Of a stretch of DNA of 64,000 bases, positions 29,664 to 40,584 are shown one piece after another; the stretch's first letter is position 1; each line of letters starts with the position of its first letter. The translations under genes and the position numbers were made by a program. Source of the stretch: Cyanobacteriota bacterium. Lineage in GTDB: Bacteria > Cyanobacteriota > Cyanobacteriia > Thermostichales > Thermostichaceae. The stretch lies in NCBI GenBank assembly GCA_033764955.1, contig JANRIL010000005.1, forward strand, positions 64,001 through 128,000, given 5' to 3'. Under the pieces are notes generated by a model. That model was not told the DNA's origin. It searched no databases and saw only the letters and a list, made by a program, of their open reading frames with translations.

Positions 29664-30263
29664 ATGCTGAAAAACGACCGATGGATTATCGAGCAAGCTC
29701 GCCAGGGTATGATTGACCCCTTTGAGCCTCGTTTGATCCGCGCCGTCACGCCTCTGGAGGGGGGATCCCAGCGACCTGTTTTGAGCTTCGGTCTATCCTC
29801 CTACGGCTACGATATTCGGCTAGCCCCCACTGAGTTCAAAATTTTTCGTCATATCCCCGGCACGATTGTCAATCCCAAACGGTTTAACCCTAATAATTTA
29901 GAGGCGGTGGCACTGCACCACGATGAGGATGGAGATTATTTTATTATTCCGGCTCATTCCTATGGATTAGGCGTCGCCCTAGAACGGCTACAAATTCCTG
30001 CCAACATCACAGTAATTTGTATTGGCAAAAGTTCCTATGCACGGGTAGGTTTGATTGCTAATCTAACGCCTGCTGAAGCTGGCTGGCGAGGCTATTTGAC
30101 CCTAGAATTTTCCAATGCTTCCAGTGCCGATTGTCGGGTCTATGCGGGAGAGGGAGTCGTGCAACTGTTGTTTTTGGAAGGGGAGCCCTGCGATGTCACC
30201 TATGCCGATCGAGTAGGTAAATATCAAGATCAGCCTCAGCAGGTTGTGGTAGCAAGAGTGTAA
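29664..30263 (+). CDS. dcd: dCTP deaminase
   Basis: SFGLSSYGYDIRL, IGKSSYARVG, TPAEAGWRGYLTLE, YADRVGKYQ. Confidence 0.95.
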   Translation: MLKNDRWIIEQARQGMIDPFEPRLIRAVTPLEGGSQRPVLSFGLSSYGYDIRLAPTEFKIFRHIPGTIVNPKRFNPNNLEAVALHHDEDGDYFIIPAHSYGLGVALERLQIPANITVICIGKSSYARVGLIANLTPAEAGWRGYLTLEFSNASSADCRVYAGEGVVQLLFLEGEPCDVTYADRVGKYQDQPQQVVVARV

Positions 30264-30517
30264 ATGTCGGTGAGATGGGGGAATCAAGCAGAGAAAAAAA
30301 GATGGGATCCTATCCTTATTTTTACTTCACACCCTATCAAGCGGATATTCCTCAGGCATGACAGCAACTTCGTCAACAGGAATTTTGGTCAGGTCGCTAC
30401 GATCCGCCTGCCAATTTCTCGGATCCTCTGGCTTGGATGGTAAGTTTTGCCTTTCCTCCCGTCTCAACATCTCCGGCTCCAGGATCCCATCATTACTCGA
30501 TGGCTGAGGCCATTCAA

Positions 30518-31216
30518 TTAAGAAGTGGGCAAAAGAATTTCAATGCCATCGGAGGTGGCAATAATAGCTTGGTGCGCCATGCCAATAAACAGGCCATGTT
30601 CAATTACCCCCACCGTACCTTTGAGGGCATCAGCAATCTGGGCAGGATGAGCCATCGCCCCAAACTGACAATCTAAGATGTAGTGCTGTTCATCAGTAAT
30701 GAAGGGATCCCCTGCGGCGGTGAGGCGTAAGGTGGGCTGACATCCCAAAGCCGCCACTCGGTTGTAGGTACTTTTCCAACCAAAGCGAACGATCTCGACA
30801 GGCAGGGCAAAGCGGGTGCCCAATTGCTCCACTTTTTTGGAGGCATCGGCAATAATGATCAGGCGGTCGGCGCTGGCTTCCACCAATTTTTCCCGCAGCA
30901 ACGCCCCCCCTGCCCCCTTGATCAGGTTCAGGGATCCCAATTCAATTTCGTCGGCTCCATCAATCGCCAGATCCAGGTGGGGTTGTTCCTCTAGGGTGGC
31001 TAAGGGGATCCCTAGCGACTGGGCTTGCTCGGCGGTGCGGATGGAGGTGGGCACGCCCATCACGGTTATCCCCTCCTGCTGTATTCGTTCGGCAATCGCG
31101 CTGACCGCAAAAGCAGCCGTCGATCCGGTTCCTAGCCCCACTACCATACCCGACTGAACTTGATCGGCGGCGGCACGGGCGGCCATTTGTTTCAACTGAT
31201 CTTGAGAAAAGGACAT
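30518..31216 (-). CDS. rpiA: Ribose-5-phosphate isomerase A
   Basis: GLGTGST, DGADE, IKGAGGALLREK, GVIEHGLF. Confidence 0.96.
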   Translation of the reverse strand: MSFSQDQLKQMAARAAADQVQSGMVVGLGTGSTAAFAVSAIAERIQQEGITVMGVPTSIRTAEQAQSLGIPLATLEEQPHLDLAIDGADEIELGSLNLIKGAGGALLREKLVEASADRLIIIADASKKVEQLGTRFALPVEIVRFGWKSTYNRVAALGCQPTLRLTAAGDPFITDEQHYILDCQFGAMAHPAQIADALKGTVGVIEHGLFIGMAHQAIIATSDGIEILLPTS

Positions 31217-31394
31217 AGGCGGCTAGGGCATCCTCAGCGACAACACAACCAGTGGGAGCCAGAAACTTTGCCAATCCGCTTGGCTCGATCCGATTTCTCC
31301 TCCAACCATCTCTTATTCTAGGGGGGAGGGATCCCCTCGTCTCACTTCCCTGCCCAGCGATTTTTCCCAACCTGATTGTTGCGAGGAACGACTC

Positions 31395-31835
31395 ATGGCT
31401 GAATCATTCAATGTCGATACGGTGATGGAGGCCGTCTTGAGCAAGCTGCGTGCCTTGACCGAGACGGGACAAACCTTCGGGCAACCCATCACCATCGGCG
31501 ACACGATTATTGTTCCCTACATGTCCCTCTATTTTGGGTTGGGGGGTGGGGGCGGGGGGAACCTGGCGGAGAGCCGCGAGGCCAAACGACCTAGCCATAC
31601 CCTCTGGGGCGGAGCAGGGGGGGGGGTCAGAATCGAACCGATGGGTTTTTTGGTGGTGCGAGGGGAGAAAGTGGAGTTGCTCACCCTCCAGCCGCATCCC
31701 CAAAAGGAGAGCAAAACCGGACAGTGGAGCCAATTGGCTGACAGTGTATTGCCCCTTTTGCAACAATGGTTGGCCAGCCGCAGCGAGGCCAATGCAGGGT
31801 GGCAGGAGACCAACGGCAACCCTCCCTCTTCCTAA
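31395..31835 (+). CDS. GerW/YtfJ family protein
   Basis: GQPITIGDTIIVP, FGLGGGGG, GGAGGGVRIEPMGFLVV. Confidence 0.85.
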   Translation: MAESFNVDTVMEAVLSKLRALTETGQTFGQPITIGDTIIVPYMSLYFGLGGGGGGNLAESREAKRPSHTLWGGAGGGVRIEPMGFLVVRGEKVELLTLQPHPQKESKTGQWSQLADSVLPLLQQWLASRSEANAGWQETNGNPPSS

Positions 31836-31857
31836 CGGGTTGGGGAAACAGTCCCTT

Positions 31858-32373
31858 TCACAGTTGGCTCAGGGATCCCTTGTCCACCCGCTTCTCAAAG
31901 AGCATCTCATAGGGTTGATATCCTACTTTTTGATAGAGCTGATTGGCTACCTGGTTATTGCAGAGGGATCCCACTCGAATTAGGGCTAGACCCCGATCCA
32001 GGAAATGCTGCTCCGCTCTAGCGAGCAAGGCGACTCCCACTCCCTGCTGGCGCATTTCTGGCACAACATACAGCTCGGAAATATAGCCATAGGTTTGTTC
32101 GGATTTGATCACATACAGACTGCGCTCATCCAGCCGGTCAATATATCCCAAGACAAATCCCACCAGGGATCCCGCCACCTCGGCCACATAAATTCCGCCC
32201 TGCTGTTCCTGCACCAGGGTTTCTAGATAGCGAAAGTGGGCATCAGCTATTTCGGCTCCAGCGGGTCGGTTGGGGTGGAGCTGTCGCTCGGCATCCTGCA
32301 ATCCCGCCATAAATTGCACGAGAGTGGGGCGGTCAGCGGGTTGAGCGGGGCGAATCGTCCAGGAGGTTGCCAT
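31858..32373 (-). CDS. GNAT acetyltransferase
   Basis: ISELYVVPEMRQQGVGVALL, N..A.QLYQKVGY. Confidence 0.88.
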   Translation of the reverse strand: MATSWTIRPAQPADRPTLVQFMAGLQDAERQLHPNRPAGAEIADAHFRYLETLVQEQQGGIYVAEVAGSLVGFVLGYIDRLDERSLYVIKSEQTYGYISELYVVPEMRQQGVGVALLARAEQHFLDRGLALIRVGSLCNNQVANQLYQKVGYQPYEMLFEKRVDKGSLSQL

Positions 32374-32484
32374 AAAAGGATTGGTTTAGCTGTTTTCTAA
32401 AAATTCTCGGCGTGTTTTCTGGGAGTTTGTTAGATATTGTGGCTATTATCCATCCCCCACTCCCCCTTCCTCTCCACCTGCTTT

Positions 32485-34176
32485 ATGGATAGCGCTTCCA
32501 CCACCTCCTCCGCCACCATTTCTGCCTGGAGGCAACTCAAAAACCGTGAAATTACCCCCGAAGAGGCTCTGGATCTCCTGGTGGATGGGGAAGGGCGGCT
32601 CCGGCTAGATCTTTTGGATCAGGGATTGGTGGCGCGCTTCTTTCAAGAATTTCCGGATGCCTCATTGCTTCCCCCCGTAATTCCGCTGTTGTTGTGGCGA
32701 GCCAGCTATTATCTGGCCTGTGCCCGTGAATTGACAGCTGACGAGTTGAAGTTTTTGGCGGAGCGCACCCATACCGCCATTCGCATCGTACCCATCGATC
32801 CCCAAAGCTACCGCAGTTGGTTCCGCCTGCAAAATATGCCGGGGCACGAAGCGATTCATGCCACCGGTCAATACCTCAATCCCCTGACCGGGGTGGTGGA
32901 AGAACAGAATATTGGAGATGTAGCCGATTATTTGGCACAGGCTGCCAGCCAGTCCCACCGGATCAACGCCCTCATTTCCGGAGCGCTGCAAAGCCGAGCC
33001 AGTGACATTCACCTGGAACCCACCCTCAACGGTTTGCGGGTGCGCTATCGCATTGATGGCATCTTGCGGGAGATTGCCGTCTTGCCCCAGGAGATCAGTC
33101 GCTCTGTGGTGGTGGCCATCAAAGTCATGTCGGATATGAACATTGCCGAAAGCCGTGCCCCACAGGACGGACGGATTGGGCGCAACTATGTCTCTGGGCA
33201 AGATGTGTTGATGGATCTGGACTTGCGGGTGAGCACCTTGCCCTGCGTCGGCGGAGAAAAAGTGGTGATCCGACTGTTGCACCGCCAGGAAAACGCCTTT
33301 TCGGATCTGTCTACCCTAGGATTTACCGCCAACACCCTCAGGCTTTATCAAACCTGGTTAGAGCAACCCCAGGGACTGATCATCATCACCGGTCCCACGG
33401 GATCCGGCAAAACCAGCACCCTTTACACCAGTCTGCATAAGGTGGCAACCGAGTTTGTCAATGTGGTCACCGTCGAAGATCCGGTGGAGTATGTGTTAAC
33501 CAACATCACCCAAACACAGGTGCATGAGCGGGCGGGCATGACCTTTGCCTCTGGATTGCGCTCCATCCTCCGCCAGGATCCCGACATCATCATGGTGGGG
33601 GAGATTCGGGATCAAGAGACCGCCGAAACCGTGATTCGAGCCGCCTTAACCGGCCACCTGGTCTTGACCACCATGCACACCAACGACACGATCACCGCCA
33701 TTCCTCGTCTTAAAGACTTAGGGCCTGATCCGGGGCTATTGAGTGATGCCTTGCTAGGAATTACCGCCCAACGGCTGGTTCGCCGCGTTTGTCCCTACTG
33801 TGCCGAACCCTATACCCCCTCCGACCAAGATTGGCAGCTTTTGGGGCTGGAAACAGCGGCAACTCAACCGGGAAATTGGCGAAAAGGGCGGGGGTGCAGC
33901 AAGTGTTTTCAGTCTGGCTATCTGGGACGGGAGGCGATTGTGGAACTGCTGAATGTGGACGAGACGGTTCGACAAATTATTTACGAAGGGAGTATCACGC
34001 AACTGCAACGCTATCTGGATCAGATTCAATTTGACTCCTTCCGTGTCTCCGCCATCGGCAAGGTTGTAACCGGTATCACCACCCTAGAAGAGGTGCGCCG
34101 AGTCTTGCCGCAAAGTGCGCTGATCCGCCGTTCCTCAGATAGAACTGGTGTGCTTCCGGCTTGGCGCGTCAGCTAA
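32485..34176 (+). CDS. GspE/PilB-family secretion/pilus assembly ATPase (PilB2-like)
   Basis: ASDIHLEP, PQDGRI, GPTGSGKTSTLY, VEDPVEY, LRQDPDIIMVGEIRD, TGHLVLTTMH, CPYC/CSKC Zn motif. Confidence 0.92.
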   Translation: MDSASTTSSATISAWRQLKNREITPEEALDLLVDGEGRLRLDLLDQGLVARFFQEFPDASLLPPVIPLLLWRASYYLACARELTADELKFLAERTHTAIRIVPIDPQSYRSWFRLQNMPGHEAIHATGQYLNPLTGVVEEQNIGDVADYLAQAASQSHRINALISGALQSRASDIHLEPTLNGLRVRYRIDGILREIAVLPQEISRSVVVAIKVMSDMNIAESRAPQDGRIGRNYVSGQDVLMDLDLRVSTLPCVGGEKVVIRLLHRQENAFSDLSTLGFTANTLRLYQTWLEQPQGLIIITGPTGSGKTSTLYTSLHKVATEFVNVVTVEDPVEYVLTNITQTQVHERAGMTFASGLRSILRQDPDIIMVGEIRDQETAETVIRAALTGHLVLTTMHTNDTITAIPRLKDLGPDPGLLSDALLGITAQRLVRRVCPYCAEPYTPSDQDWQLLGLETAATQPGNWRKGRGCSKCFQSGYLGREAIVELLNVDETVRQIIYEGSITQLQRYLDQIQFDSFRVSAIGKVVTGITTLEEVRRVLPQSALIRRSSDRTGVLPAWRVS

Positions 34177-34367
34177 GAGGTTTTGTTGCCAGAGGCAGAG
34201 GATCCCGCAAATCCTGATACACTAATCCATACGCAATTTCTTAAGGATGACTTCATCTTTAAGCAAGCAAGATGGGAAAGGGGAGAGAAACAGCTACCTC
34301 CTATCGAAAATATATGGAAATATAAGTTGCTGACCTATTGGCCTGTGAACTGGCAGAGGAGATTCTC

Positions 34368-35114
34368 TTGCGCCCCACTGTGATCGCCGGAAACTGGAAG
34401 ATGTACAAAACTCAAGCTCAGGCTCAGGAGTTTTTGGCTAACTTGACCCCCCATTTGCCAAATCGGGATCCCTTACGCCCTCGCCAGGTTATCTTGTGCG
34501 TCCCCTTTACGGATTTGGGGGTGGTGGGTAACTGGGTTGTGTCTAGGGATGTGGGGCTGGGAGCGCAAAACATCCACTGGGAGGATCAAGGGGCGTTTAC
34601 GGGAGAGATTTCGCCGCCGATGTTGGTGGAACTGGGGGTCAGCTACGTGGTTGTTGGTCACAGTGAGCGTCGCCAGCATTTTGGTGAAACCGATGCTACC
34701 GTCAATCAGCGGTTATTGGCGGCACAGCGGCATGGGCTGACCCCGATTTTGTGTGTGGGAGAAACGAAGCAGCTCCGCCAGCAGGGGCAAACCGAGTCTT
34801 GGATTTTACAACAACTGCAACAGGGGCTAGTGGGGGTGGATCAGCAACGCCTAATCATTGCCTATGAGCCGATTTGGGCGATTGGCACGGGGGATACTTG
34901 TGAGGCCAGCGAAGCCAACCGCGTGATCGGCTTGATTCGCCAACAACTGGACAATCCCCACCTAGTGATCCAATATGGCGGATCTGTGAAGGGCAACAAC
35001 ATTGATGAGATTATGGCGCAACCTCAAATCGATGGGGTGTTGGTGGGGGGAGCCAGCCTAGACGCCGAGGAGTTTGGGCGAATCATCAACTTTCGCGCCC
35101 TGACGGTTGCTTAG
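34368..35114 (+). CDS. tpiA: Triosephosphate isomerase
   Basis: [46 protein letters not shown] start follows a GAGGAG RBS. Confidence 0.97.
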   Translation: MRPTVIAGNWKMYKTQAQAQEFLANLTPHLPNRDPLRPRQVILCVPFTDLGVVGNWVVSRDVGLGAQNIHWEDQGAFTGEISPPMLVELGVSYVVVGHSERRQHFGETDATVNQRLLAAQRHGLTPILCVGETKQLRQQGQTESWILQQLQQGLVGVDQQRLIIAYEPIWAIGTGDTCEASEANRVIGLIRQQLDNPHLVIQYGGSVKGNNIDEIMAQPQIDGVLVGGASLDAEEFGRIINFRALTVA

Positions 35115-36388
35115 AGGGATGGGAGTTGCCCCTCCGCCTCGCGGATTGGATCCGGCTGTCGTTGCAAAGCCAAGACGGGAGAAAAATAGGGCCAGAGGAA
35201 AGTGGTAACCATGCCGATTCCGCCCACCCAGAGGGTTGAGCGCAGGCCAATTGTTTCCCCTAGCCAGCCCCCCAAGGCAAAGCCAATCGGCATCGTTCCC
35301 CAAATCAAGAACCGAACCGTGGCATTCATCCGCCCCTGCAAGCGATCGGGGATCAAGGTTTGCCGCAGGCTGAGTTGATTCATGTCATAAACCGTTCCTG
35401 CAAACCCGCTGATCCCCCAACCCAGCATCAGCACAGGGATCCCGTACCATCCGTGGGCCAGCGGTAGCACCAGATAACCCAAGCCCGACACGAAAGCACT
35501 GATTGTGATGGTTTTGCCCAGCCCCACGCGCCGCGTGATCCTTGCCGTCAGGAAGGAACCCAGCAGGGATCCCAAGGCCGCCATCGCCATAACTAACCCC
35601 AACCAAGCGGAGTTCATCTGCAAATCGCGGGTGGCAAAAAGCACAAAAACGCTCAAAATAATTTTGTCAAAAAGATTCATGGATCCCGTACATCCCGCCA
35701 GAGAACGCAGAAAAGGATTACTCAAAACCACGGTCAACCCCTCTTGAATAGCTTGGGTTATCGACTGGGATAGTGATTGGGAGTTGCCCGTTTCACGAAC
35801 CTGAATAGTTAGCAACAACACCGCAGAGATCAAAAAAGAAAGTGCATCCAAGGCAATGACATAAGGAGCTGAAAATAGGGTTGCTAGCCAACCCGCTACG
35901 CTTGGGCCTAAAATCTCTGCCAATGACCAACTCATGTGTAACTTGGTGTTTCCTTCCAAAATTTGATCGCGTTCCACCAAGGCGGGTAAAAGAGCTTGGT
36001 AAGCAACATCAAAAAAAACCGTCAGGCTCCCCACACCAAAAGCAATGGCATAGAGGATTGGCATCGTTAGGTGATCCCGCCACGCCAACCAAGGGATCCC
36101 CATAAGCAGCACTGCCCGTCCCACGTTACAGCCCACCATGATCCAACGGCGGGAGCCGCGATCCACCCACACCCCAGCCAATAAACCCAATAATAAAAAG
36201 GGGCTAAATTCAGCCGTGCCCAGCCAACCCATCTGCATAGGGGTAGCTTCAAGTAACAAAGCTGCCGTCAGCGGTAGAGCAAAATGGGTAACGGCGGATC
36301 CCAGCAACGAAATGGACTCACCCACCCACAAGCGCAGGAAATTAGGATGGTGCCACAATCCAAAGGTTGGATGATTCACTCCGTGCAT
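35111..36388 (-). CDS. MFS transporter (drug:H+ antiporter-3-like)
   Basis: About 12 hydrophobic segments; [11 protein letters not shown] motif A; P..LQGRMNA. Confidence 0.88.
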   Translation of the reverse strand: MHGVNHPTFGLWHHPNFLRLWVGESISLLGSAVTHFALPLTAALLLEATPMQMGWLGTAEFSPFLLLGLLAGVWVDRGSRRWIMVGCNVGRAVLLMGIPWLAWRDHLTMPILYAIAFGVGSLTVFFDVAYQALLPALVERDQILEGNTKLHMSWSLAEILGPSVAGWLATLFSAPYVIALDALSFLISAVLLLTIQVRETGNSQSLSQSITQAIQEGLTVVLSNPFLRSLAGCTGSMNLFDKIILSVFVLFATRDLQMNSAWLGLVMAMAALGSLLGSFLTARITRRVGLGKTITISAFVSGLGYLVLPLAHGWYGIPVLMLGWGISGFAGTVYDMNQLSLRQTLIPDRLQGRMNATVRFLIWGTMPIGFALGGWLGETIGLRSTLWVGGIGMVTTFLWPYFSPVLALQRQPDPIREAEGQLPSL

Positions 36389-36594
36389 TAGTAACTTGGT
36401 TGAGATAAGGATAATAGGATGGCCAATTATTCTCTACCGAATTCTTCGAGTATTTGCCTTCTGCTCAATTTCCCTAGATATGGAGCTTCTAGATCTTCAA
36501 GATGTTTTGAGGATTGTCATTTTTCAAAAGGGGAGAGAACCGGAAATAGGAAATCTTTGACTTTATTAGATCATTACTTTTTGCCTGATGACCA

Positions 36595-37560
36595 TCAATC
36601 CCTTTGGGCAATGACTGTCCGGTGGCGGGGGCTGTTGGCGGTTACCACCGGAGTTTGAAACCCCGCTTGGATGAGTGTTGCCTCAAGATCAAGGGTGAAG
36701 TAGTGATCCAAGTAAGGCTCGGTGCTTTTCAACAAAGTCAGTAGATAAGGAGGCATCCTAGCATAGACGGCTGAGGAGGGATCCATATCCATCAAAGCCA
36801 GGGATCCCGCCGGTTTGAGGATACGGCGAGCCTCTTGCAGAATCGCTAGGGTGGCGGACTGGGGCAACTCATGAAAGATCAGGAAAGCCGACACCAAATC
36901 CACCGATTGATCCGGTAGCCCCGTCGTCTCGGCAGCAGCATGAATCCATCTCACGGCTCGCCCTTGTTGCTGAGCACGGTACTGAGCGACTGCCAAGAAA
37001 TAGGGAGAGAGATCAAGGCCGATCAGCTCGGCTCTGGGATAACAATCTTGGAGAGCGAAGGTGCTCATGCCTACACTGCACCCTATATCTAGGATCCGTT
37101 CCGGCGGGGTTGGCAGGGATCCGCATAAGAGCTGGTGATAACTGTGCCGCAAGCGAGCATCCCCCTGAGGATCCGCCTGCTGCCCCCAAACTCGGGAGTG
37201 AACCGCCAGCGCCGCTACTTCCACCTCCATCGCCGGATCCCAGCCTAAATTTCCCTGTTCATAGGCATGGAAGGGCTGCACATAATAGGCCGGATAGACC
37301 AGATTCGGATTTTGAATATGAGCCAAAGCTTGCTCCCAGAGCGGGGAAAACACCTCCGCCTCCCCCCGAGAGCGCAACGCTACCGCCTCTTGCTGCCAAT
37401 CCACACCGATGAGAGCCGCCCGTTCAATCATCATGGCGCGGGCTTTGTTTTTGGCAAATTGAAACAACGGCTTTACCCCCAGAAGACTACTCACCAAACG
37501 AGAGGTGAAATGGGGGGCAGGTATGACCGAGGTGAGAGAGGCAGCGGAAATGGTAGACAT
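36595..37560 (-). CDS. Class I SAM-dependent methyltransferase
   Basis: ILDIGCSVG, GLDLSPYFL, FHELP, EARRILKP. Confidence 0.88.
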   Translation of the reverse strand: MSTISAASLTSVIPAPHFTSRLVSSLLGVKPLFQFAKNKARAMMIERAALIGVDWQQEAVALRSRGEAEVFSPLWEQALAHIQNPNLVYPAYYVQPFHAYEQGNLGWDPAMEVEVAALAVHSRVWGQQADPQGDARLRHSYHQLLCGSLPTPPERILDIGCSVGMSTFALQDCYPRAELIGLDLSPYFLAVAQYRAQQQGRAVRWIHAAAETTGLPDQSVDLVSAFLIFHELPQSATLAILQEARRILKPAGSLALMDMDPSSAVYARMPPYLLTLLKSTEPYLDHYFTLDLEATLIQAGFQTPVVTANSPRHRTVIAQRD

Positions 37561-37773
37561 GGTGCTACTTCGCTTCGGCAAGGATGGAGAAAAACACACT
37601 TAGCCTAGCAGATTGAGGTTCGATAACTGGAGGGTTGGGCGAGAAATCGGCATAGCTGCCAGGGGTAGGAAATGGAATACGGGAAGCCTAGCATCAATAA
37701 ACCCCAAAAACCCCCCTTATCGTCAGAGATTTGGGGGGATCCACTCGGTAAATCGGAAGTTGGGTTTCTGGAT

Positions 37774-38343
37774 CTATTTATTCAAGACACTCGGCCAGTT
37801 TACGTTGGCTTTAGCAATGAACCCAGGAATATCTTTTTGCCAGGTTTCCTGAACTTTCTGGTCATAGTTGAGATAGAGTTTGCCATCAACAATTTTCCAG
37901 GCATCGGGACTAACCGGAGCAATTTTGTTTTGGCTAACCGCCCAGGCACAATAGCCACCGTATTGAGGGGCATATTGCTCAGGGTTAGCAGCAAATAAAT
38001 CACGATTAGCGGCACTGGAGAACTGCCACACGGCTCCTTTGTACTCGTAAGTAAATTCTGTACTGCCTGGAACGGGCTTGCCTGCGGTGAAGTAAGCAAC
38101 AACATCGGTTCCTCTGACCGCAGCACCCTTATCCGAGAAGATCGGCGCATTCTTGGTTTGTCCGGCACAGGGATTGGCTCCAGCACAGGGATTAGCTCCG
38201 GCGCAAGGGTTAGCAGCCTTACCCGCGCAAGGATTCCCAGCACAAGGGTTGGCAAACACGACCGTAGGGGAAGTTGGGACGATACCTGCACTCAGACTGA
38301 GGATCGACAGAAATCCAATCAGAGCTAGATGTTGAACTTTCAC
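37774..38343 (-). CDS. Secreted YHS-domain protein with N-terminal NPCAG repeats
   Basis: Signal peptide, then 5x NPCAG, then GTDVVAYF, WQFSSAANRDLFAANPEQYAPQYGGYCAWAV, IVDGKLYLN. Confidence 0.85.
   Translation of the reverse strand: MKVQHLALIGFLSILSLSAGIVPTSPTVVFANPCAGNPCAGKAANPCAGANPCAGANPCAGQTKNAPIFSDKGAAVRGTDVVAYFTAGKPVPGSTEFTYEYKGAVWQFSSAANRDLFAANPEQYAPQYGGYCAWAVSQNKIAPVSPDAWKIVDGKLYLNYDQKVQETWQKDIPGFIAKANVNWPSVLNK
38161..38253 (-). repeat. Coding tandem repeat, five (A)NPCAG units
   Basis: Protein reads ANPCAG NPCAG KA ANPCAG ANPCAG ANPCAG; codons differ between units. Confidence 0.9.
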
Positions 38344-38586
38344 AATACATCTCCTGGAAGAATAGGAAGGTAGCCAGCAGCCACAAGCAAAGTTATCTGA
38401 GCTGCCCCACGTCTATATCCTGAGAGATACAACTGAATCTAGTTGAAGGGAGGGGTGAGAGTTTTCTCAGGGGATTCTCAGATCAAAAAGTTATCAGAAT
38501 TTGTAGGCTAATCTTCTCTGGTGGATGGGATGACCTTTCGCCCATAAATCCTTCCCCATAAATCCTTATAGCAATGCACTCCTTTT

Positions 38587-39285
38587 ATGGTTCAGACTGC
38601 TCCGACGACGCCAGCCTCTCCTGCCCGCTCCGGCAAAAATTATGAGGTGGGTGCAGATGGACAATGGCGCACTCTAGCTGCCCCAGCAAGCAGTTTGTTA
38701 CGGCGCTTCCCCCAGCGGCGCTCCTACCGCCTCTATCGCTTTCTCTCCGATCTGGAGGATTTGGTAGACAACATTTCTCATGACCGAGATCGCCTACGGA
38801 TCGGGGCGGTTCTGTTGCGTCGGCTGGTAGAAGCCTGTGACTGGCTCACGGATGCCTGCCCCACTCCGGATCCCAGCTTGGGCTGGGCGGTGCATTTTCT
38901 CTACGATGAACCGGGCTATCCTTTCACTGTTCAACTGGTTTCCTGGTTACCTCAGCAACGTTCTCCCATTCACAATCACGCCGCCTGGGGACTGGTCATG
39001 CTGCTGGGGGATCCCGCTACGGCCGGACGGGAGGAAAACCACTTTTGGCAACGAACCGACGATGACACGATGGATGGAAAAGCCACCCTGCAAGAGGTTT
39101 CCCAGGTGACGCTTCATCCTGGGGATCTGATTGGCTTTACTCCCACCGCTATTCATCAGGTACGGGCTATCGAGGCCAATCGCCTAGATCCGCAACCCAC
39201 GTTTACTGTCAATGTCTATGGCAAAACGGACTTTAACCAGCGGTTTACTTTTGATCCGCTCCAACAGTCCTGTCAGTTATTTTGA
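38587..39285 (+). CDS. Cupin / cysteine-dioxygenase-like metalloprotein
   Basis: SPIHNHAAWGLV, E.N.FW, AIHQV, TFTVNVYG. Confidence 0.8.
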   Translation: MVQTAPTTPASPARSGKNYEVGADGQWRTLAAPASSLLRRFPQRRSYRLYRFLSDLEDLVDNISHDRDRLRIGAVLLRRLVEACDWLTDACPTPDPSLGWAVHFLYDEPGYPFTVQLVSWLPQQRSPIHNHAAWGLVMLLGDPATAGREENHFWQRTDDDTMDGKATLQEVSQVTLHPGDLIGFTPTAIHQVRAIEANRLDPQPTFTVNVYGKTDFNQRFTFDPLQQSCQLF

Positions 39286-39503
39286 AGAGTCCATCTTTGG
39301 ATCGCTAAAGCTTCTCAGCCAGTACGGCCTGTCATTTGAGCAAGATCAAAGGGAGATCCCGTAAAGCCACGGAGAGAAGTTACCCGAAATTTACCCGATA
39401 TCTGCCTGAGATATACACAGGGATCTCCCGAAATATTTTCGGGGGGATGTTAGAGTCATTCGCCATAGCGATCATAACCGCAACCAGGGAAAAGGAGTAG
39501 CAA

Positions 39504-40514
39504 ATGATACGATTTGGCGAGATGAATCGGCGGCGTTTTCTGCAATGGGGAGCTTTAACCGTAGGCGGCTCGGCGATTTTATCAAGACAGGCTTCTCATG
39601 CCCAATCGGATGCGAATCCCACAATTAAAATTGGCTTTTGGCCGATTGCGGCTGGCTTGCCCCTCTACATGGGGGTAGAAAAAGGCATTTTTAAGGATGC
39701 TGGGCTGAACGTAGAAGCGGTGAAATTCGCCTCTGCCCAGCAGGTTGCTGAAGGAATTATTGCTGGACGATTGCAGGGATCCGCCAACGGCACAGCCTCT
39801 GGAGCTTTGGGACTAGCGGAGATTGCCTCGCCAGGGTTGTTTAAGATTATTGCTACGAATCCCAGCAATGTTGATCATGTGTTGGATCAGTTTTTGGTGG
39901 CTAAAGATAGCCCCATCCAAAGCATTGCTGAGCTGAAAGACAAAAAAGTGGCCTGTGGTCCCGGCGCTCAAAATATTGCAATTGCTAAAGGAATTCTTAA
40001 AGCCAATGGTATTGTGGATCCGAATGTGCAAGCCCTTGATATCAAACAGCATGTGCCCGCTATTCAATCCGGTCAAATTGATGCTGTCTACACCCTAGAA
40101 CCAACGGGTACCGTGGGGGGATTGGCTGGCATTACCCGCATTTTGGAAGCTGGGGTAGTGGCGAAATATATTCTGGGAGATCCAAAAGCCCCTTGGTCAG
40201 GCGGATCAGCAACCCTTACCAATGAGTTTTTGAAACAATATCCTGAAGTCTCTAAGACTTATATTGCCGCTTATCGCCAGTCTATCGAAGAAATTCGCAA
40301 GGATCCCGATGCCGCTCGCCCCTTTTTAGAAGGCTATACCGCGATCACAGGAGATCTAACGAAAACGGTGCCTCTACCTGCTTACCTGATCTACGACGAA
40401 TTCACCGATCGAGATAAGCAATACTTCCAAAAATTCTTTGACTTTATGACCTCAGAGGGAATTTTCTCCAAAAACGTTCCCATTGAACCGTTGCTCTATC
40501 AAGAAGCTGGATAA
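39504..40514 (+). CDS. NitT/TauT-family ABC substrate-binding protein, Tat signal
   Basis: NRRRFLQ twin-arginine signal; GIFKDAGLNVE, SIAELKDKKVA, GQIDA...EP. Confidence 0.88.
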   Translation: MIRFGEMNRRRFLQWGALTVGGSAILSRQASHAQSDANPTIKIGFWPIAAGLPLYMGVEKGIFKDAGLNVEAVKFASAQQVAEGIIAGRLQGSANGTASGALGLAEIASPGLFKIIATNPSNVDHVLDQFLVAKDSPIQSIAELKDKKVACGPGAQNIAIAKGILKANGIVDPNVQALDIKQHVPAIQSGQIDAVYTLEPTGTVGGLAGITRILEAGVVAKYILGDPKAPWSGGSATLTNEFLKQYPEVSKTYIAAYRQSIEEIRKDPDAARPFLEGYTAITGDLTKTVPLPAYLIYDEFTDRDKQYFQKFFDFMTSEGIFSKNVPIEPLLYQEAG

Positions 40515-40584
40515 ATACAGGATAAGCAAATTATAAATTCTCAGATCATTAGCCTTTTTTATCTCACCAAGGGGGAGATCCCTG

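Noticed and set aside
39290..39503. Guanidine riboswitch or NtcA box before the nitrogen transporter
   Set aside because: I could not find guanidine-I/II consensus elements or GTA-N8-TAC by eye.
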